This document shows positions 1 to 12,857 of a stretch of 64,000 nucleotides of DNA, piece by piece. Both the position numbers and the translations under genes were made by a program. The notes below the pieces were generated by a model. It worked only from the letters and a program-made list of their open reading frames with translations, was not told the DNA's origin and did no database searches. Source of the stretch: Nemertoderma westbladi (lineage: Eukaryota; Animalia; Xenacoelomorpha); assembly GCA_032718475.1 (NCBI GenBank), contig JAUCBJ010003086.1, positions 1 through 64,000 of the forward strand. The letters are read 5' to 3'. Each line of letters starts with the position of its first letter. Positions within the stretch are counted from its first letter, which is position 1.

Positions 1-738
1 AGTAGAATGTTGGGGTAAAGTAGATACAGGTTAGTAGAATGTTGGGGTAAAGTAGAATGTTGGGGTAAAGTAGATACAGGTTAGTCGAATGTTGGGGTAA
101 AGTAGATACAGGTTAGTAGAATGTTGGGGTAAAGTAGATACTGGTTAGTAGAATGTTGGGGTAAAGTAGATACAGGTTAGTAGAATGTTGGGGTAAAGTA
201 GATACAGGTTAGTAGAATGTTGGGGTAAAGTAGATACAGGTTAGTAGAATGTTGGGGTAAAGTAGATACAGGTTAGTAGAATGTTGGGGTAAAGTAGAAT
301 GTTGGGGTAAAGTAGATACAGGTTAGTAGAATGTTGGGGTAAAGTAGAATGTTGGGGTAAAGTAGATACAGGTTAGTAGAATGTTGGGGTAAAGTAGATA
401 CTGGTTAGTAGAATGTTGGGGTAAAGTAGATACTGGTTAGTAGAATGTTGGGGTAAAGTAGATACAGGTTAGTAGAATGTTGGGGTAAAGTAGATACAGG
501 TTAGTAGAATGTTGGGGTAAAGTAGATACTGGTTAGTAGAATGTTGGGGTAAAGTAGATACAGGTTAGTAGAATGTTGGGGTAAAGTAGATACAGGTTAG
601 TAGAATGTTGGGGTAAAGTAGATACAGGTTAGTAGAATGTTGGGGTAAAGTAGATACAGGTTAGTAGAATGTTGGGGTAAAGTAGATACAGGTTAGTAGA
701 ATGTTGGGGTAAAGTAGATACTGGTTAGTAGAATGTTG
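1..738 (+). repeat. 32-bp tandem array (gttagtagaatgttggggtaaagtagatacag), ~23 copies, truncated by window start; contains donor-like CAG|GTTAGT
   Basis: Period-32 repeat read directly, with occasional 18-bp deletion variants and acag/actg variants; ends into unique sequence at gttgggggggtaacgatg. Confidence 0.95.
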
Positions 739-1286
739 GGGGGGTAACGATGTCTGCGAACATATTTCTGGGAAGTGATCGAGAAAAATTATTATCAATA
801 GAATAAAGATAATATTAATTAACTAACAATAATAATAGGCTTACAATTATTAATGATAAATGACATAAAATTTACAGACTTAAGCAGTTAAAAATTATAT
901 TGCCAATAACGATTGGTACGTGAAAAATAGTTCGGCTAGACTTGAAGACGAATAAGGATAACAAGGTGTCCTGGATCGAGTTGCATAAAGAACGGTGTAA
1001 GTTTACGAGTTAATAAAGTCCCTTGTTATTGGCCGTCGGAGCTGGGTTTATTTACAATTAATTTTATTTATTGCTTTGCACGAAATTTGTTATGATGATA
1101 ATTCATCATTCTGTTCCTTACTTCTGGCCTGGTGGATTTTCTTATTTTTGGGTTTCTGTCGTGGCATCAACTAGATAACATTTCAGAGTTCACATCGAAA
1201 ACAAGGCATGTTGCTTGGAAATTTCGAACTAGCCAGCCAATCAAAGCCTCGGAACAACTTTATTATGCAATAAATATAATTATCCC

Positions 1287-3232
1287 TTTGTTACCCCGCA
1301 CACGATTAGGACACCTTGTTACCCCGCACACGATTAGGACACCTTGTTACCCCGCACACTATTAGGACACCTTGTTACCCCGCACACTATTAGGGCACCT
1401 TGTTACCCCGCACACGATTAGGGCACCTTGTTACCCCGCACACTATTAGGGCACCTTGTTACCCCGCAAACGATTAGGGCACCTTGTTACCCCGCACACG
1501 ATTAGGACACCTTGTTACCCCGCACACGATTAGGGCACCTTGTTACCCCGCACACGATTAGGACACCTTGTTACCCCGCACACGATTAGGGCACCTTGTT
1601 ATCCCACACACTATTAGGGCACCTTGTTACCCCGCACACGATTAGGGCACCTTGTTACCCCGCACACGATTAGGACACCTTGTTACCCCGCACACGATTA
1701 GGGCACCTTGTTATCCCACACACTATTAGGGCACCTTGTTACCCCGCACACGATTAGGGCACCTTGTTACCCCGCACACGATTAGGGCACCTTGTTACCC
1801 CACACACTATTAGGGCACCTTGTTACCCCGCACACGATTAGGGCACCTTGTTACCCCGCACACTATTAGGGCACCTTGTTATCCCACACACTATTAGGGC
1901 ACCTTGTTACCCCGCACACGATTAGGGCACCTTGTTACCCCGCACACGATTAGGGCACCTTGTTACCCCGCACACGATTAGGGCACCTTGTTATCCCACA
2001 CACTATTAGGGCACCTTGTTACCCCGCACACGATTAGGGCACCTTGTTACCCCGCACACGATTAGGGCACCTTGTTACCCCGCACACGATTAGGGCACCT
2101 TGTTATCCCACACACGATTAGGGCACCTTGTTACCCCGCACACGATTAGGGCACCTTGTTATCCCACACACTATTAGGGCACCTTGTTACCCCGCACACG
2201 ATTAGGGCACCTTGTTACCCCGCACACGATTAGGGCACCTTGTTATCCCGCACACGATTAGGGCAACTTGTTACCCCACACACTATTAGGGTACCTTGTT
2301 ATCCCACACACTATTAGGGCACCTTGTTACCCCGCACACGATTAGGGCACCTTGTTACCCCGCACACGATTAGGGCACCTTGTTATCCCACACACGATTA
2401 GGGCACCTTGTTACCCCGCACACGATTAGGGCACCTTGTTATCCCACACACTATTAGGGCACCTTGTTACCCCGCACACGATTAGGGCACCTTGTTACCC
2501 CGCACACGATTAGGGCACCTTGTTACCCCGCACACGATTAGGGCACCTTGTTATCCCACACACGATTAGGGCACCTTGTTACCCCGCACACGATTAGGGC
2601 ACCTTGTTACCCCGCACACGATTAGGGCACCTTGTTACCCCGCACACGATTAGGGCACCTTGTTACCCCGCACACGATTAGGGCACCTTGTTATCCCACA
2701 CACGATTAGGGCACCTTGTTACCCCGCACACGATTAGGGCACCTTGTTATCCCACAGACTATTAGGGCACCTTGTTACCCCGCACACGATTAGGGCACCT
2801 TGTTACCCCGCACACGATTAGGGCACCTTGTTATCCCGCACACGATTAGGGCAACTTGTTACCCCACACACTATTAGGGTACCTTGTTATCCCACACACT
2901 ATTAGGGCACCTTGTTACCCCGCACACGATTAGGGCACCTTGTTACCCCGCACACGATTAGGGCACCTTGTTACCCCGCACACGATTAGGACACCTTGTT
3001 ACCCCGCACACGATTAGGACACCTTGTTACCCCGCACACTATTAGGACACCTTGTTACCCCGCACACTATTAGGGCACCTTGTTACCCCGCACACGATTA
3101 GGGCACCTTGTTATCCCACACACTATTAGGGCACCTTGTTACCCCGCACACTATTAGGGTACCTTGTTACCCCGCACACGATTAGGGCACCTTGTTACCC
3201 CACACACTATTAGGGTACCTTGTTACCCCATA
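1287..3232. repeat. 28-bp tandem array (caccttgttaccccgcacacgattaggg), ~69 copies
   Basis: Period 28 counted directly (1321 vs 1349); variants cgatt/ctatt and cccg/tccc; lies ~110 bp beyond the STAG stop codon. Confidence 0.95.
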
Positions 3233-3341
3233 CTCGATTGTTTCTAGCTACAACGTTTTTTCCGGGTAAAACCCTATTCCAACGTTCTAAAACAAAATGA
3301 AGCAGTTTGTTAGTAAGTCTTGACATACATGGGTCCTCCGA

Positions 3342-4709
3342 CTAACTATTATCCCCCAACTCATCCGTCACTACTGTAGACCCCCCGTGTAGACTCGAGT
3401 ACTCCGGTGCCAACCCTAACGGCCCCCGACGCAGGGCCGACTGTTTCCTCATCGTCGACAGAACTTCCTCGGCTATCTTGGCATCCTCCTCGGGGGTCCT
3501 CCGTTTAACCTTCAACCCTCCCTTCTTTATCAAGGTGGCCATCCTGGGACCCCTGGGCCCCCCTCGATGGGGCCCCTCGCTCTCTCCGTGTAGCAGCGAG
3601 TAGCGGTAATGATTCAACGGGGCCAGCTGCTGATCCACTCCGTCGGACCCACCCGCCTCGAGATCCTTCCAACGCGCAGGGATCTGACGATCGATGTGCA
3701 GCAGGATCGCCTTCTTGTCCTGCTTCATGAGCTTGGGCGAGAACTCGGCAAGGACCTCTAGGAAGGCGAGGTTGGGATGCGGGATAGGTTGCTCCTGTCG
3801 GTGGATCAGGGCGAACAGAATGCCCTCGGTGTGCAGCGTGGCTATCGCCTCTCGCGACTTTATATGGTCCAGTCCGAACAGCTGACTGAAGGCCCGAGCC
3901 AAGTCCTTAACCTGTACGAATGATTCCGAGGTTCGTTCCACCAACTTCCCATCCACTAACTGCTCCTTGTACAACTGGTTCAACGATCTGTTCATTATTT
4001 TGGCGCAGACAACCTTGTCTACCTCGCAGCACTTCGTTATGGTGAACTTAATGATGTCGCCGTAGTCGTTGTAGAATTTGAGGTACATCTTGAAGATGTC
4101 GGCGCCGAACTTCATCTTTACGATATTGTATACAAGGAGTTTACCGAAGCAGGCTAGAATATTCCGTCGACGATGGAGGGCCTCTATCTTGGTAGACTCG
4201 TCGTCCCCCTCCTCCACCGACTCGTCAATGAAGACGTGGACCTCGATGAACTCCGCCATCTGTTTCTGTAGATACATGGGGGGAGCGTAAACGAGATCGC
4301 CGAGAGCGACGTTGTTAGCGAGTTGTCTCGCGAAGTGGACTAGGACGTCGCAGAGAAGGACGTAGGCCTCCTGTTGGACGGACTCCCAGGGATGGTTGGC
4401 CGAGAGTTGGGAGCAGACAACGACCACGGCCCCTAACCGCTCCCGGAGCCGTTTAATCGCCTCGGCGTCGGGGGTCGTTGCCTCTATGATCCCCGCGAGA
4501 CTCCAGACAACGAGGTACTCCATCGCAGCAATCGCCCGGTTCGTTACTCCTTCCGCCAACGGATTGTCCACCGTCTCTCGCGTCGCACGTTGCATGATAT
4601 CTATCAGCGTCACGTACAGGTCGTCTGCGTTGCTAGGGTTACGTTTCGGTGCGTCATGGCAGACAAGGAACGCCTCTATATTCTTTAATGACTTGTCCAT
4701 CTTGTAAAC
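3342..4709 (-). CDS. STAG: Cohesin subunit SA/STAG (SCC3), terminal exon 3
   Basis: Acceptor ttatccgtttag|GTT TAC AAG ATG (phase 0); motifs KIEALHRRRNILACFGKL, FYNDYGDIIK, NLAFLEVLAEFSPKL match the STAG1/2 C-terminal region; stop TAG at 3342. Confidence 0.92.
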   Translation of the reverse strand, partial: VYKMDKSLKNIEAFLVCHDAPKRNPSNADDLYVTLIDIMQRATRETVDNPLAEGVTNRAIAAMEYLVVWSLAGIIEATTPDAEAIKRLRERLGAVVVVCSQLSANHPWESVQQEAYVLLCDVLVHFARQLANNVALGDLVYAPPMYLQKQMAEFIEVHVFIDESVEEGDDESTKIEALHRRRNILACFGKLLVYNIVKMKFGADIFKMYLKFYNDYGDIIKFTITKCCEVDKVVCAKIMNRSLNQLYKEQLVDGKLVERTSESFVQVKDLARAFSQLFGLDHIKSREAIATLHTEGILFALIHRQEQPIPHPNLAFLEVLAEFSPKLMKQDKKAILLHIDRQIPARWKDLEAGGSDGVDQQLAPLNHYRYSLLHGESEGPHRGGPRGPRMATLIKKGGLKVKRRTPEEDAKIAEEVLSTMRKQSALRRGPLGLAPEYSSLHGGSTVVTDELGDNS

Positions 4710-4948
4710 CTAAACGGATAAAAATATATTTAACAGTTTAATATAGAGTAAAATAATAATTTAACAGAGAATAATACAGTTTGTATGTATGTATGATATA
4801 AGGTAGCCAGACTAAAGGTACTTTCTGACTAGTACCTTCTACGTACCTTTTGACGAGTACCTTTCGTCCTATTGACATGTATAACCTTTTGTTTACTAAA
4901 CCTGGCTGTTGAATAGTTGGATGCGTTTTAAAGAATGTACCAGAATAT

Positions 4949-5973
4949 TAGAGTTGAAACAGAGACCTGATTTTCTTTATGAAACCAGAACCCAGAAACC
5001 CTTAATGTGAACCAGAGCCCTACCCGGATAATTATTTTGAAAAATACCAGAGACCAGAGCCGGAGATCAGAGACTTTGCTTATTTTTCTACTTACAATTT
5101 GATTACTCCCCTATAGCACAAACAGGTACATAGACATACGGCCTTAGACCTATTTTTCTATGGTTCAATTAGAGTAAAGTAAATCCAACCCATTTCAACC
5201 CTTACCCATTGGAAGAAAATAAGGGCACGTACAGTTTGGGGGGCTTAATTAATATTAATTTGGTTATTTGTTTATTAATTCGTTCTTATTTTGTTGTTGT
5301 TAATAATATGTTACATAATTTTGTTTTGCGCCATAGGTATCGGTACTTTGTTAATTAAAGGAACTTATTTTACAATTGTTCAAATCATATACATTTCAAT
5401 GTACTATGAATACTTAGTGCTCTAATTATAGTATAGTACTTTACTCGCCCCATTTACAAGCCTCGTTACGCTCGTTCTCTTCATTTGGTCGTCATATTAT
5501 CTATCCTATAACAAATTGAATGGAGACCAGCCCTTTCTTTCACTTTTAAACATTATGAGTGCTCAAATTAAGCGCCCTTATCCTTAAATAAGAACCCTCT
5601 TTAGGTGCTAATTTAAATTAAAATTAAACGCACCTTAAACATTTATTAGAAATATAAATAGTGTAAAAGTGAAAATATAATTGTGTTGAAGCGGTGTATG
5701 AAAAATAGTTAAAAATTAAAGAAATAATTAAATGTAAAAAATTTGTGAAAAATAATCTTCATTTCACATTTTGTGTTATACAGGATCTATTTTTAAATAT
5801 ATATAAATAAATATGATTTGACAAATTAGAAATTTCTAATTTGTCAAATCACTGATCTCTGGGTAAAATGTCTGTTTTCAATACCCGGGAACCAGAGACC
5901 TATCCGGAGACCAAAAAATAGCCCGGAGAATCCAGAGAACAGAGATCAGTTACAAGTCTCTGTTTCAACTCTA
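4949..5973. mobile_element. Non-autonomous TIR element (MITE-like) in STAG intron 2
   Basis: 18-bp terminal inverted repeats tagagttgaaacagagac / gtctctgtttcaactcta and subterminal ccagaga motifs; no clean TSD seen. Confidence 0.65.
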
Positions 5974-7996
5974 ACAGATACTCACCTGTGATTGGTCCTG
6001 AGTTCCATTAATACACCGATACTCACCTCTGATTGATCCGGAGTTCCTTAAATACACAGATACTCACATTTGATTGGTCCGGAGTTCCTTTCAGATACCG
6101 ATACTCATCTGTGATTGGCCCGGAGTTCCTTTAATACACAGATACTCACCTGTGATTGATCCGGAGTTCCTTTAATAGACAGATACTCACCTGTGATTGG
6201 TCCTGAGTTCTTTTAATACACAGACTCACCTCTGATTGGTCCTGAGTTCCTTTAATACACAGACTCACCTCTGATTGGTCCGGAGTTCCTTTAATACACC
6301 GATACTCACCTGTGATTGGTCCGGAGTTCCTTTAATACACAGATACTCACCTGTGATTGGTCCTGAGTTCTTTTAATACACAGACTCACCTCTGATTGGT
6401 CCGGAGTTCCTTTAATACACCGATACTCACCTGTGATTGATCCGGAGTTCCTTTAATACACCGATACTCACCTGTGATTGATCCGGAGTTCCTTTAATAG
6501 ACAGATACTCACCTGTGATTGGTCCTGAGTTCCTTTAATACACAGACTCACCTCTGATTGGTCCGGAGTTCCTTTAATACACCGATAGTCACCTGTGATT
6601 GATCCGGAGTTCCTTTAATACACAGATAATCACCTGTGATTGGTCCGGAGTTCCTTTCAGATACCGATACTCATCTGTGATTGGTCCGGAGTTCCTTTAA
6701 TACACAGATACTCACTCACCTGTGATTGGTCCGGAGTTTCTTTCAGACACAGATACTCACTTGTGATTGGTCCGGAGTTCCTTTCAGACACAGATACTCA
6801 CCTGTGATTGGTCCGGAGTTCCTTTAATACACCGATAGTCACCTGTGATTGGTCCGGAGTTCCTTTCAGATACCGATACTCATCTGTGATTGGTTCGGAG
6901 TTCCTTTAATACACAGTTACTCACCTGTGATTGATCCGGAGTACCTTTAATACACCAATAGTCACCTGTGATTGGTCCGGAGTTCCTTTCAGATACCGAT
7001 ACTCATCTGTGATTGGTCCGGAGTTCCTTTAATACACAGATACTCACTCACCTGTGATTGGTCCGGAGTTTCTTTCAGACACAGATACTCACTTGTGATT
7101 GGTCCGGAGTTCCTTTCAGATACCGATACTCATCTGTGATTGGTCCGGAGTTCCTTTAATACACAGATACTCACTCACCTGTGATTGGTCCGGAGTTTCT
7201 TTCAGACACAGATACTCACTTGTGATTGGTCCGGAGTTCCTTTCCTACACAGATACTCACCTGTGATTGGTCCGGAGTTCCTTTAATATACAGATACTCA
7301 CCTGTGATTGGTCCGCAGTTCTTTTAATACACAGATACTCACCTGTGATTGGTCCGGAGTTTCTTTCAAACACAGATACTCACCTGTGATTGGTCTGGAG
7401 TTCCTTTCAGGTGCAAATACTCACCTATGATTGGTCCGGAGTTCCTTTATTAAACATATACTCATCTGTGATTGGTCTGGAGTTCCTTTCAGGTACAAAT
7501 ACTCACCTATGATTGGTCCGGAGTTACTTTATTACACATATACTCATCTGTGATTGGTCCGGAGTTCATTTCAGACACAGATACTCACTCACCTGTGATT
7601 GGTCCGGAGTTCCTTTCAGACACAGATAATCACCTGTGATTGGTCCTGAGTTCCTTTCAAACACAGATACTCACATGTGATGGGTCCGGAGTTCATTTCA
7701 GATACTCACCTGTGATTGGTCTGGAGTTCCTTTAATATACAGATACTCACATGTGATTGGTCCGGAGTTCTTTTAATACACAGATACTCACCTGTGATTG
7801 GCCTGGAGTTCCTTTCAAACACAGACACTCACCTGCAATTGGTCCGGAGTTCCTTCCAGACACAGATACTCACCTGTGATTGGTCCGGAGTTCCTTTCAG
7901 ACACAGATACTCACCTGTGATTGGTCCGGAGTTCCTTTCAGACACAGATACTCACCTGCGATTGGTCCGGAGTTCCTTTAATACACCGATACTCAT
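5974..7996 (-). repeat. 41-bp tandem array derived from the STAG exon2/intron2 junction (~49 copies of ...GGACCAATCACAG|GTGAGTATCTGTG...)
   Basis: Unit read on - strand equals the last codons of exon 2 (KGTPDQSQ) plus the GTGAGT donor; period 41 (6301 vs 6342). Confidence 0.95.
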
Positions 7997-9117
7997 TCCA
8001 GGTCTGCTTCAACTCGGCCGATATATTATCCAAAATAGTGTTTAGGAACACGTCGATCTTGCTGTGTATCGCGTATTCCTCGTTGTTGAGGATCTGTAGC
8101 GTCTTGGCCGTGGTCTTCAGCACATCGGAGTCCACATGGCGGTCGACGACCTCGGAGAGGAGTTTAAGCAGCGGGTCGAGAAACTTCTCGAGACGACCGG
8201 TCGTGTAGATCTCGAGGTCGAAGTACTGGGGGATCTGTACGAGGTTGCCGACCTTCTCGGGGTCGTTGAGGTAGCGAGAGAGCAGCAGCGGGAGGTTCTG
8301 GATGAAGTGGGTGGTGAGTCGGGTGCGGTCCTCTCGTACGACGGCGCGTTCCTTCCCGGAGAGCTTCCGAGGCCCGCCGCGACCCACCGGTGGCTGTCCG
8401 TCGCAGGCCTGCTTAGCGGTGCACACCATAATGTCCACCATCACCGACTCACCGCGGTTGTCCAACTGGTCGTCACCAACTGCTTCGTCGTTCTTCATCA
8501 GGATCGCGGTCATACACTCCCAATCTTTGAGCATGTCGTTGACCTCCCAGAGGGCGTCGACGAGGTAGGCCGTGGTCTCATGCAACTCGCTCTCGATAAA
8601 GAAGTGGACGAGATCCTTGAGGAGCGGTTCGTTGCCGACGGATCGTCGTTTCCTTTGGTTCTTTGCGCCCATCCGGTTGTCATCCGCGGTAACGAATAGT
8701 TTCTGGTTGAGGAACTGGCCGGCGGACTGGGCCATGGCGCGGTTGGATGCGTAAACGATCTGGTAGATGTTCTCGCAATCATCCGCCTCCAGGATGTCCT
8801 CATTGAACGCCGCCACGTAGGTGACCAGTTTGATGGCCTGCACGGATACCTCCATCTTCTTGTCCAACGTCATGGCGACGATTCTGTCTTTGAATCGACT
8901 CGTAAAGAGTTCGAGGCGGGATGTTAGTTCGTCCGAACTGTAGAGCGAATGCAACGCCATGACGCATTTGAGTCGGACGTCGCTGTGTCTGTCCGAGAGA
9001 TTCCAGCCGATGTAACGGAGATAGGAGTCGTCCAGGAACATCTCCGGATAGTTCTTTATCCAGACACCGATCTCATTCATACAGATGGCTCGTATCTCGT
9101 GATGGATGTCCCGGTAT
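7956..9117 (-). CDS. STAG: Cohesin subunit SA/STAG, exon 2 (stromalin conservative domain region)
   Basis: Acceptor ctcgcag|A TAC CGG GAC; YRDIHHEIRAICMNEIGVWIKNYPEMFLDDSYLRYIGWNL and LELFTSRFKDRIVAMTLDK match STAG; donor CAG|GTGAGT at 7956/7955; 1162 nt keeps frame. Confidence 0.93.
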
Positions 9118-10197
9118 CTGCGAGATTAATGATATTCCATTGTTAGTCTATAAAGAAGTTGTAAAGACTCAAATAAATATCGCTATCATCCATCCGGATG
9201 GATCCAGAAGATTTATTGCAGAAGGCCAAACTCAAATCAGAGGTGCAAAGGCCAGTATCATTGGGGGAGATGTTGGAAAGTTTTTGACAAATTTGTTACA
9301 TTATGTCATGGTTCAGTCAGCGTTGTTTTTTGGAACCGAACTTGAGTATTAATTCTGAGTTGCTCTTTCGTGTATGAAACCCATTGTATGCCACGTGTAT
9401 GATTGAGCTATTCGAACATGGTCCGCCGATATAATTGTTATATTGAATAATTGTTATAAATTGAGTGCCGGGATATTTATGTAAATTTGAATATTATTGG
9501 AAATAATAGAATTGAATTGAAAAAGATTGTCTAAACCGTATAGTTGTTTGTAGTACCGTGTAACTTAATTAATGTCTTACATTGATATGAATTTCATTAA
9601 TATACTTAAACATTACAATATTAAAGATCATAATTACACATTCTGAACGATAAGTTCAAATAATGTAACAAAATTACGATCATACTTCTATAGCCTAATA
9701 GCTATTCAGCATTTAAGACCCTTGTATACTTATGTAAACCTCCATCGCTGCGCTCGTTTGGTACAGTTATTTATACGTACGGATAGATGGTATAGAAACA
9801 AATAAATTAATATAGGCCCTCCTTATCTAAATCTATGTGGCAAATATGGTGGCCACGTTGGGAAATTCTAATAAATTTATATCAATCGAATATAAATTTA
9901 TAAATATTAATGAAAAGATTTTATGGCTCTTCGCAAAACCAAATGGTAATGTATTCTTTGAGTTAATATTAACTTTTTTCAATCAATAAAATATAAAGAC
10001 AATAGTCTGCTAGTTGCTAGTGCAATGTACCAATCGGAGTACAGAGTAAGTGATGTTAGTTCACCCTCCCCTCTCCATCTCCACATAATAACAAGCCACG
10101 AAGAAGACTGTTTTGGTACCGGTATATAATTTTGTTTAATTATTGATTGCGTACCTTAGAGATCTCTGTCATTGTGTTATTGTTGACCTTTACCCAC

Positions 10198-11222
10198 CTG
10201 TGTACAAAGACCCCATTGAATATCGTGTTCATCATCCCTTTAACTTCCTCGGCGTTCCTCTCGTAATCCGCCTTCCCTGTTGTCAACGTCTCCAACCGCG
10301 CGGCCGACCGCTTCTGCGCTACTTTACTCAACTCATTGCCGATCTGCCGTTCGAACTTATTAATGTTGGCCTGAACGGTTCCCACGACCTGCACCAAGGC
10401 CGACATCAGCTTCATGGCGGCGAGAGTACCGGTGTGTCTGAACGCGCGAACGGTTGACACAGACATACCGGTGAGGAAGTTAATCACGTTGTCCATTAGA
10501 TACTGGTCGTAGAGGATCGAGTTCTGAGTCTGTCTGACTAACACGATAATGAACTCCACGAAGTTCGACTTGAATTTCTTCCAGATGGGTCCGGCCATCG
10601 TGAATGGATAATCTCCAGTGTCATCGTCGAATTCTTCCGTCATCTTTTGAATGAGACTATCAACCAGCTCTACAGAGGCATAAAGCTCGCGGGTTATGAC
10701 GCCCTTGCAGCCGCTGCTGTGGATAAAGAAGTTGATGACATCGATGAGGGACCCCTCCTTATCCCTCCGGTTGTATTCTTCTATCCAGTCATCCACTATA
10801 GTCTGCAGCGCACCGCGTCCTGATTTCACCATGTAGAATAGAGTTTTGGGTTCGTCCTCGGTTAGACTCCGACTAGTGGCGGTTAGGTAGGCCGCTTCCG
10901 CCCCTTCCATCTGTTGGATCCGTTTTCTGGGTTTCTTTGCGTAGGGTTTATCCAACCCGGAGTAGTTCCGTTTACGGGATGTTTCCGGCGAGATCTGGAA
11001 GTCGGATAGATCGCTGCTGTGCGGGTCCGTTTCCATGGGTTCCGGGGGTCGTGTCACCAGAATGGATCGCGGCGTGTATACCTCTGAGATTCCGGTTTTC
11101 GCTACGTCCTTAGATCGACGGGAGAGGCCTCGGGTAACTCCGGGTTGCTCCGTTTGTTTCTCCAGCAGCGATGTAGCCAGAGTTTCCAGCGGTGGATCCG
11201 CAGTGTGAAATGGGACCGACAT
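10198..11222 (-). CDS. STAG: Cohesin subunit SA/STAG, exon 1 (STAG domain); spliced product 1184 aa
   Basis: FFIHSSGCKG, EEFDDDTGDYP, VRAFRHTGTLAAMKLMSALV motifs; donor CAC AG|GTGGGT (phase 2) joins exon 2 as HRYRD; exons of 1025+1162+1368 nt sum to 1185 codons. Confidence 0.92.
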
Positions 11223-11699
11223 TATTCTGTTATTGTCTGATTGTTGCCAATCCAGTATCTTACAGTCTTATCGCAATTCGCAGTGCGGTACCGTACAGCC
11301 GTAGGCCTACCTGCCTACAGGCTGGCTGGTATCGTATCCGTATCGTACAGTCAGACAATCTGACAATCTGACAGTCGTAACAACTTCTGAACTCTGGAAA
11401 TTGCAGAATTGTGTGTTGCGCAGGCTGTGCTGGTACCGGTATTGCAGTACCTGTCTGCGTCTGCCTGTACCGCAGTACCGGGTAGTATTAATTCTGTAAA
11501 TTTTCTATAATTGGTGGTCTAATACTACAGTACTAATACAATAATACCTCACCTGTAATAATACCAATACCTGAATACTGCAGACCATAGACTACTGCTG
11601 TACTGTACTACAGGAGTCCAGTGCAGTAGTACTGAAATCTGTGTTGGTACCCTATACTACTACTACTAGGTCGAGCGAACTCGGACAGTGGAAATGAGA

Positions 11700-12850
11700 T
11701 CCTTCCAGGCTTCCCGAATTCCGATTCTCATAGTTGTCGCAATTTCGTTTCTCCCAAGTTCAGTATCCCTTTCAAGTTGATCTATATATGTTTGGCCGGT
11801 CGTCCACGACTACGCTTTCCATGAGTTGGTTGCCAGAGAAGTAGATCTGGTATGACCTCGTCTTTACTTCACCAGCAGTGCCCACTGAATCTTAATCCTG
11901 CGTTCTCGAAGGGTGGTTGACACAGGTGATATTGTACCATAAAGCTCGGCGTTTGTCATGTGTTGTCTCCAGCTGATATTTAGGGCTGCCCTTAGTAGTC
12001 TTGTGTAGCATACATCAATTCGTGATTTAGTCAGTGTCCAGGTCTCACCCCCATATAAAAATACACTTTCCACTGTGGCTCGAAAGAACTTAGTCTTCAG
12101 GTGCCTGGAGAGATCTGATTTCCAGATGGTATCCATTTATGATAGAGCTACCCAAGCCTTTGCTTTCCTAACATCTATGTCCTTTTTGCTACTCTCTATC
12201 CATGATCCTAGGCACTGGACTGGAAGTCGTCGACCTCCCTTAGTTGATTATTATCAATGGTTGTCAAGTTTCCATCGACATTAAAAGTCATGAATTCGGT
12301 CTTGGTAGCATTTATATGCAATCCAACCTCCTTAGCAGGTAGCAGCCCTCTCCACTTTATTTAGTAGAAGCTGTGCATCTGTTAGCGTATTAGAGAGCAG
12401 GGCGATGTCATCCGCAAAGTCGGTGTCTGTGACTGTAGTTGCCGGATATCTACTACTTCTGCGTTCTTGAAGTGTGAATCCCAGATCTTCACCCTTCGTG
12501 GCCGTCCTCATTGCGTAATCCAGTACAATTACAAATAGTAATGGTGCTAATGTGTCACCTGCAGTACGCCAGCCAGGATTGAGAAAACTCAGTTTCACCA
12601 TCTGGTGAGAGTACCTGCGCTTCTGTGTCACAATATAACAATCCAATGCCAGCAACAATTACTTCTGGATAGGACTTTAGGATTTCAAGCATTTTACCTC
12701 TATGGATGGAGTCGGATTCCTTCTTGAAGTCCACAAAAGTTATGACTGCAAGGAGATTCTTTGACTTAATTCCTTCAATCAGTCTCCGTAGTGCAAGTAT
12801 CTGAGCTATTGTTGATCTACTTGGTCGAAATCCGTATTGGCTCTTACGCA
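11700..12850 (-). mobile_element. Degenerate non-LTR retrotransposon (RTE-like) reverse transcriptase and 3' fragment
   Basis: GDTLAPLLFVIVLDYAMR, DFADDIALL, FFRATVESVFLYGGETWTL motifs split over frameshifted ORFs. Confidence 0.85.
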
Positions 12851-12857
12851 GAGGCTT

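Noticed and set aside
1-738. Telomeric repeat (TTGGGG-like)
   Set aside because: The unit is 32 bp with a single G tract, not a short telomerase repeat.
1-7996. CRISPR-like arrays (28-41 bp repeats)
   Set aside because: Head-to-tail repeats with no unique spacers, no cas genes, and a eukaryotic context.
3694-10457. Plus-strand ORFs overlapping STAG exons and the 41-bp array
   Set aside because: Antisense shadows of coding sequence or translations of the repeat.
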